The position numbers and the translations under genes are program-made. DNA of 47,060 nt, taken from NCBI GenBank assembly GCA_028716125.1, contig JAQUQK010000001.1, positions 1 through 47,060 of the forward strand. Direction: 5' to 3'. Numbering within the stretch: the first letter of the stretch is position 1; each line of letters starts with the position of its first letter. Source of the stretch: Thermoplasmatota archaeon. GTDB taxonomy: Archaea; Thermoplasmatota; JAQUQK01. This document shows positions 45,855-47,060 of the stretch, piece by piece. Below the pieces are notes generated by a model. It searched no databases. It was given only the letters and a program-made list of their open reading frames with translations, and had not been told where the DNA came from.

Positions 45855-46610
45855 ATGGCGCAAATAAGCACATTATTATGGATTCTTGGCGCTACTATTC
45901 TCGACGGACTTATGGCATTCGCTGGCGCCGTGACGCTTAAGATGAGCGAAAAAACCCTGAACAAGATTGTGATGATTCTTGTCGCATTTGCGGCGGGTTC
46001 CATGCTTGCTGGCGCCCTTTTCCACCTGATTCCCGAAGCGATGGAAAAAATAGACAAGCCGCTTACAATATCGGCACTGATACTTGCAGGTTTCCTCATA
46101 TTCTTCATCGTGGAGCGCTACCTTCACTGGCACCACTGCCACGATCCCGATTGCAAGACGCATCCTGTGACAACCCTTGTCATTTTCGGCGACTCTATCC
46201 ACAATCTCATCGACGGCGTAGTCATAGCCGCAAGCTTCATGATTAGCATTCCTTTCGGAATTGTCACAACTGCCGTAATTCTCGGCCACGAGCTGCCGCA
46301 GGAGCTTGGCAACTTTGGCATTCTCGTCTACGGCGGATACTCGAAGCAGAAGGCGCTGGCTTACAATGCGATGGCGCAATTTACATGCGTTATTGGCGGA
46401 GTGCTTGGATATGCCCTGTCTTATTACACGCAGCAGGCTTCTGCTTATCTGCTGCCGTTTGCCGCCGGTGGCTTCCTGTATATTGCAGCATCTGACCTAA
46501 TTCCTGAAATGCACAAGGAACCCGACCTGAAAAAAGTTATGATAAACTTTGCAGTTTTCTGTGTCGGCCTTGCATTCATGATCGCGATCAAGGTTTTTGC
46601 CGGGGCGTAA
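45855..46610 (+). CDS. ZIP family divalent metal transporter (ZupT-like)
   Basis: 251 aa. His-rich loop HWHHCHDPDCKTH and signature GHELPQELGNFGILV. Confidence 0.88.
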   Translation: MAQISTLLWILGATILDGLMAFAGAVTLKMSEKTLNKIVMILVAFAAGSMLAGALFHLIPEAMEKIDKPLTISALILAGFLIFFIVERYLHWHHCHDPDCKTHPVTTLVIFGDSIHNLIDGVVIAASFMISIPFGIVTTAVILGHELPQELGNFGILVYGGYSKQKALAYNAMAQFTCVIGGVLGYALSYYTQQASAYLLPFAAGGFLYIAASDLIPEMHKEPDLKKVMINFAVFCVGLAFMIAIKVFAGA

Positions 46611-46650
46611 TCAATCAAAAAACAAAATAAAATTGAAAGAAAAAAAGAAA

Positions 46651-47060
46651 TCAATACGTCCTTGACATTATGATTATCTCTTTTGCTGGCGCTCCGCAGA
46701 TTGCGCATTTCGCGCCTTCGGCTGGCTTTTCTCCCTCAGCCGGAGTTCCAAGCGTCTTCATGTCGAGCGCGCCTTCCGCCTCATGCCCGCAGCCGTCAAC
46801 TCCGCACCATGGCATCTTTATCATCCCGACGTAGCCCGACGCTAGCAGCGCTTTCGCCTCTTCCAGTGTATTCACGGCCCTGTTCTTGTGAACCATGACG
46901 TCCTCTGCCTTCTTCCAGAGCGCTTCTCGTATGGCCTCGAATTCTGCAGTCACTGCGCTTCCGTCTCCAAGAGGGACGAGATTCTTCGATCCCGTGTCCC
47001 TGCGGACAAGGACCATCTTGCTGTTGTCAACGTCGCGCGGCCCGATTTCGATGCGCAGCG
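46651..47060 (-). CDS. proS: prolyl-tRNA synthetase, archaeal/eukaryotic type (C-terminal part; 5' end beyond the window)
   Basis: The reading frame stays open upstream of the tracked Met to the window edge (LRIEIGPRDVDNSKMVLVRRD...). C-terminal Zn-binding domain MPWCG...CG...CAICG...SRTY. Confidence 0.85.
   Translation of the reverse strand, partial: LRIEIGPRDVDNSKMVLVRRDTGSKNLVPLGDGSAVTAEFEAIREALWKKAEDVMVHKNRAVNTLEEAKALLASGYVGMIKMPWCGVDGCGHEAEGALDMKTLGTPAEGEKPAEGAKCAICGAPAKEIIIMSRTY

Overview
The window looks like a gene-dense (about 90% coding) archaeal chromosome segment. Supporting evidence: an intron-containing tRNA-Tyr with the archaeal C1-G72/A73 identity set, TFS, FEN1, eS8, SRP19, archaeal-type ProRS, TATA boxes about 27 nt upstream of many start codons (leaderless mRNAs), and oligo-T terminators. 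The class II HMG-CoA reductase and the many secreted hydrolases suggest a heterotrophic Thermoplasmatota-like uncultured lineage; this is inference only. I call about 47 CDS and one tRNA. I found no rRNA, CRISPR array, transposase or integrase. Housekeeping genes: trmI, rtcA, fen, porGDAB, rnz, tfs, rps8e, srp19, hmgA, thiC and a partial proS. The rest is dominated by an exported degradative repertoire. Thirteen predicted lipoproteins share the lipobox [SAG]-G-C. They include GH97, GH92, a six-hairpin glycoside hydrolase, an amidohydrolase, two M14 carboxypeptidases and a gingipain-like (C25) peptidase. There is also a secreted ATPase-less Lon/S16 protease. Most unusual items: (1) an ABC ATPase fused behind a roughly 480-aa glycosylated S-layer-like ectodomain and a TM helix; (2) an in-frame bacterial-type GAPDH-PGK fusion; (3) three tandem lipoprotein paralogs with duplicated promoters, one carrying a metallothionein-like Cys cluster; (4) seven copies of a GATTTCAA unit phased at 10-11 bp between pfkB and por; (5) a ghost copy of the thiC 3' end; (6) a frameshifted GNAT gene; (7) an untracked 53-codon leaderless sORF coupled by ATGA overlap to the carboxypeptidase pair.
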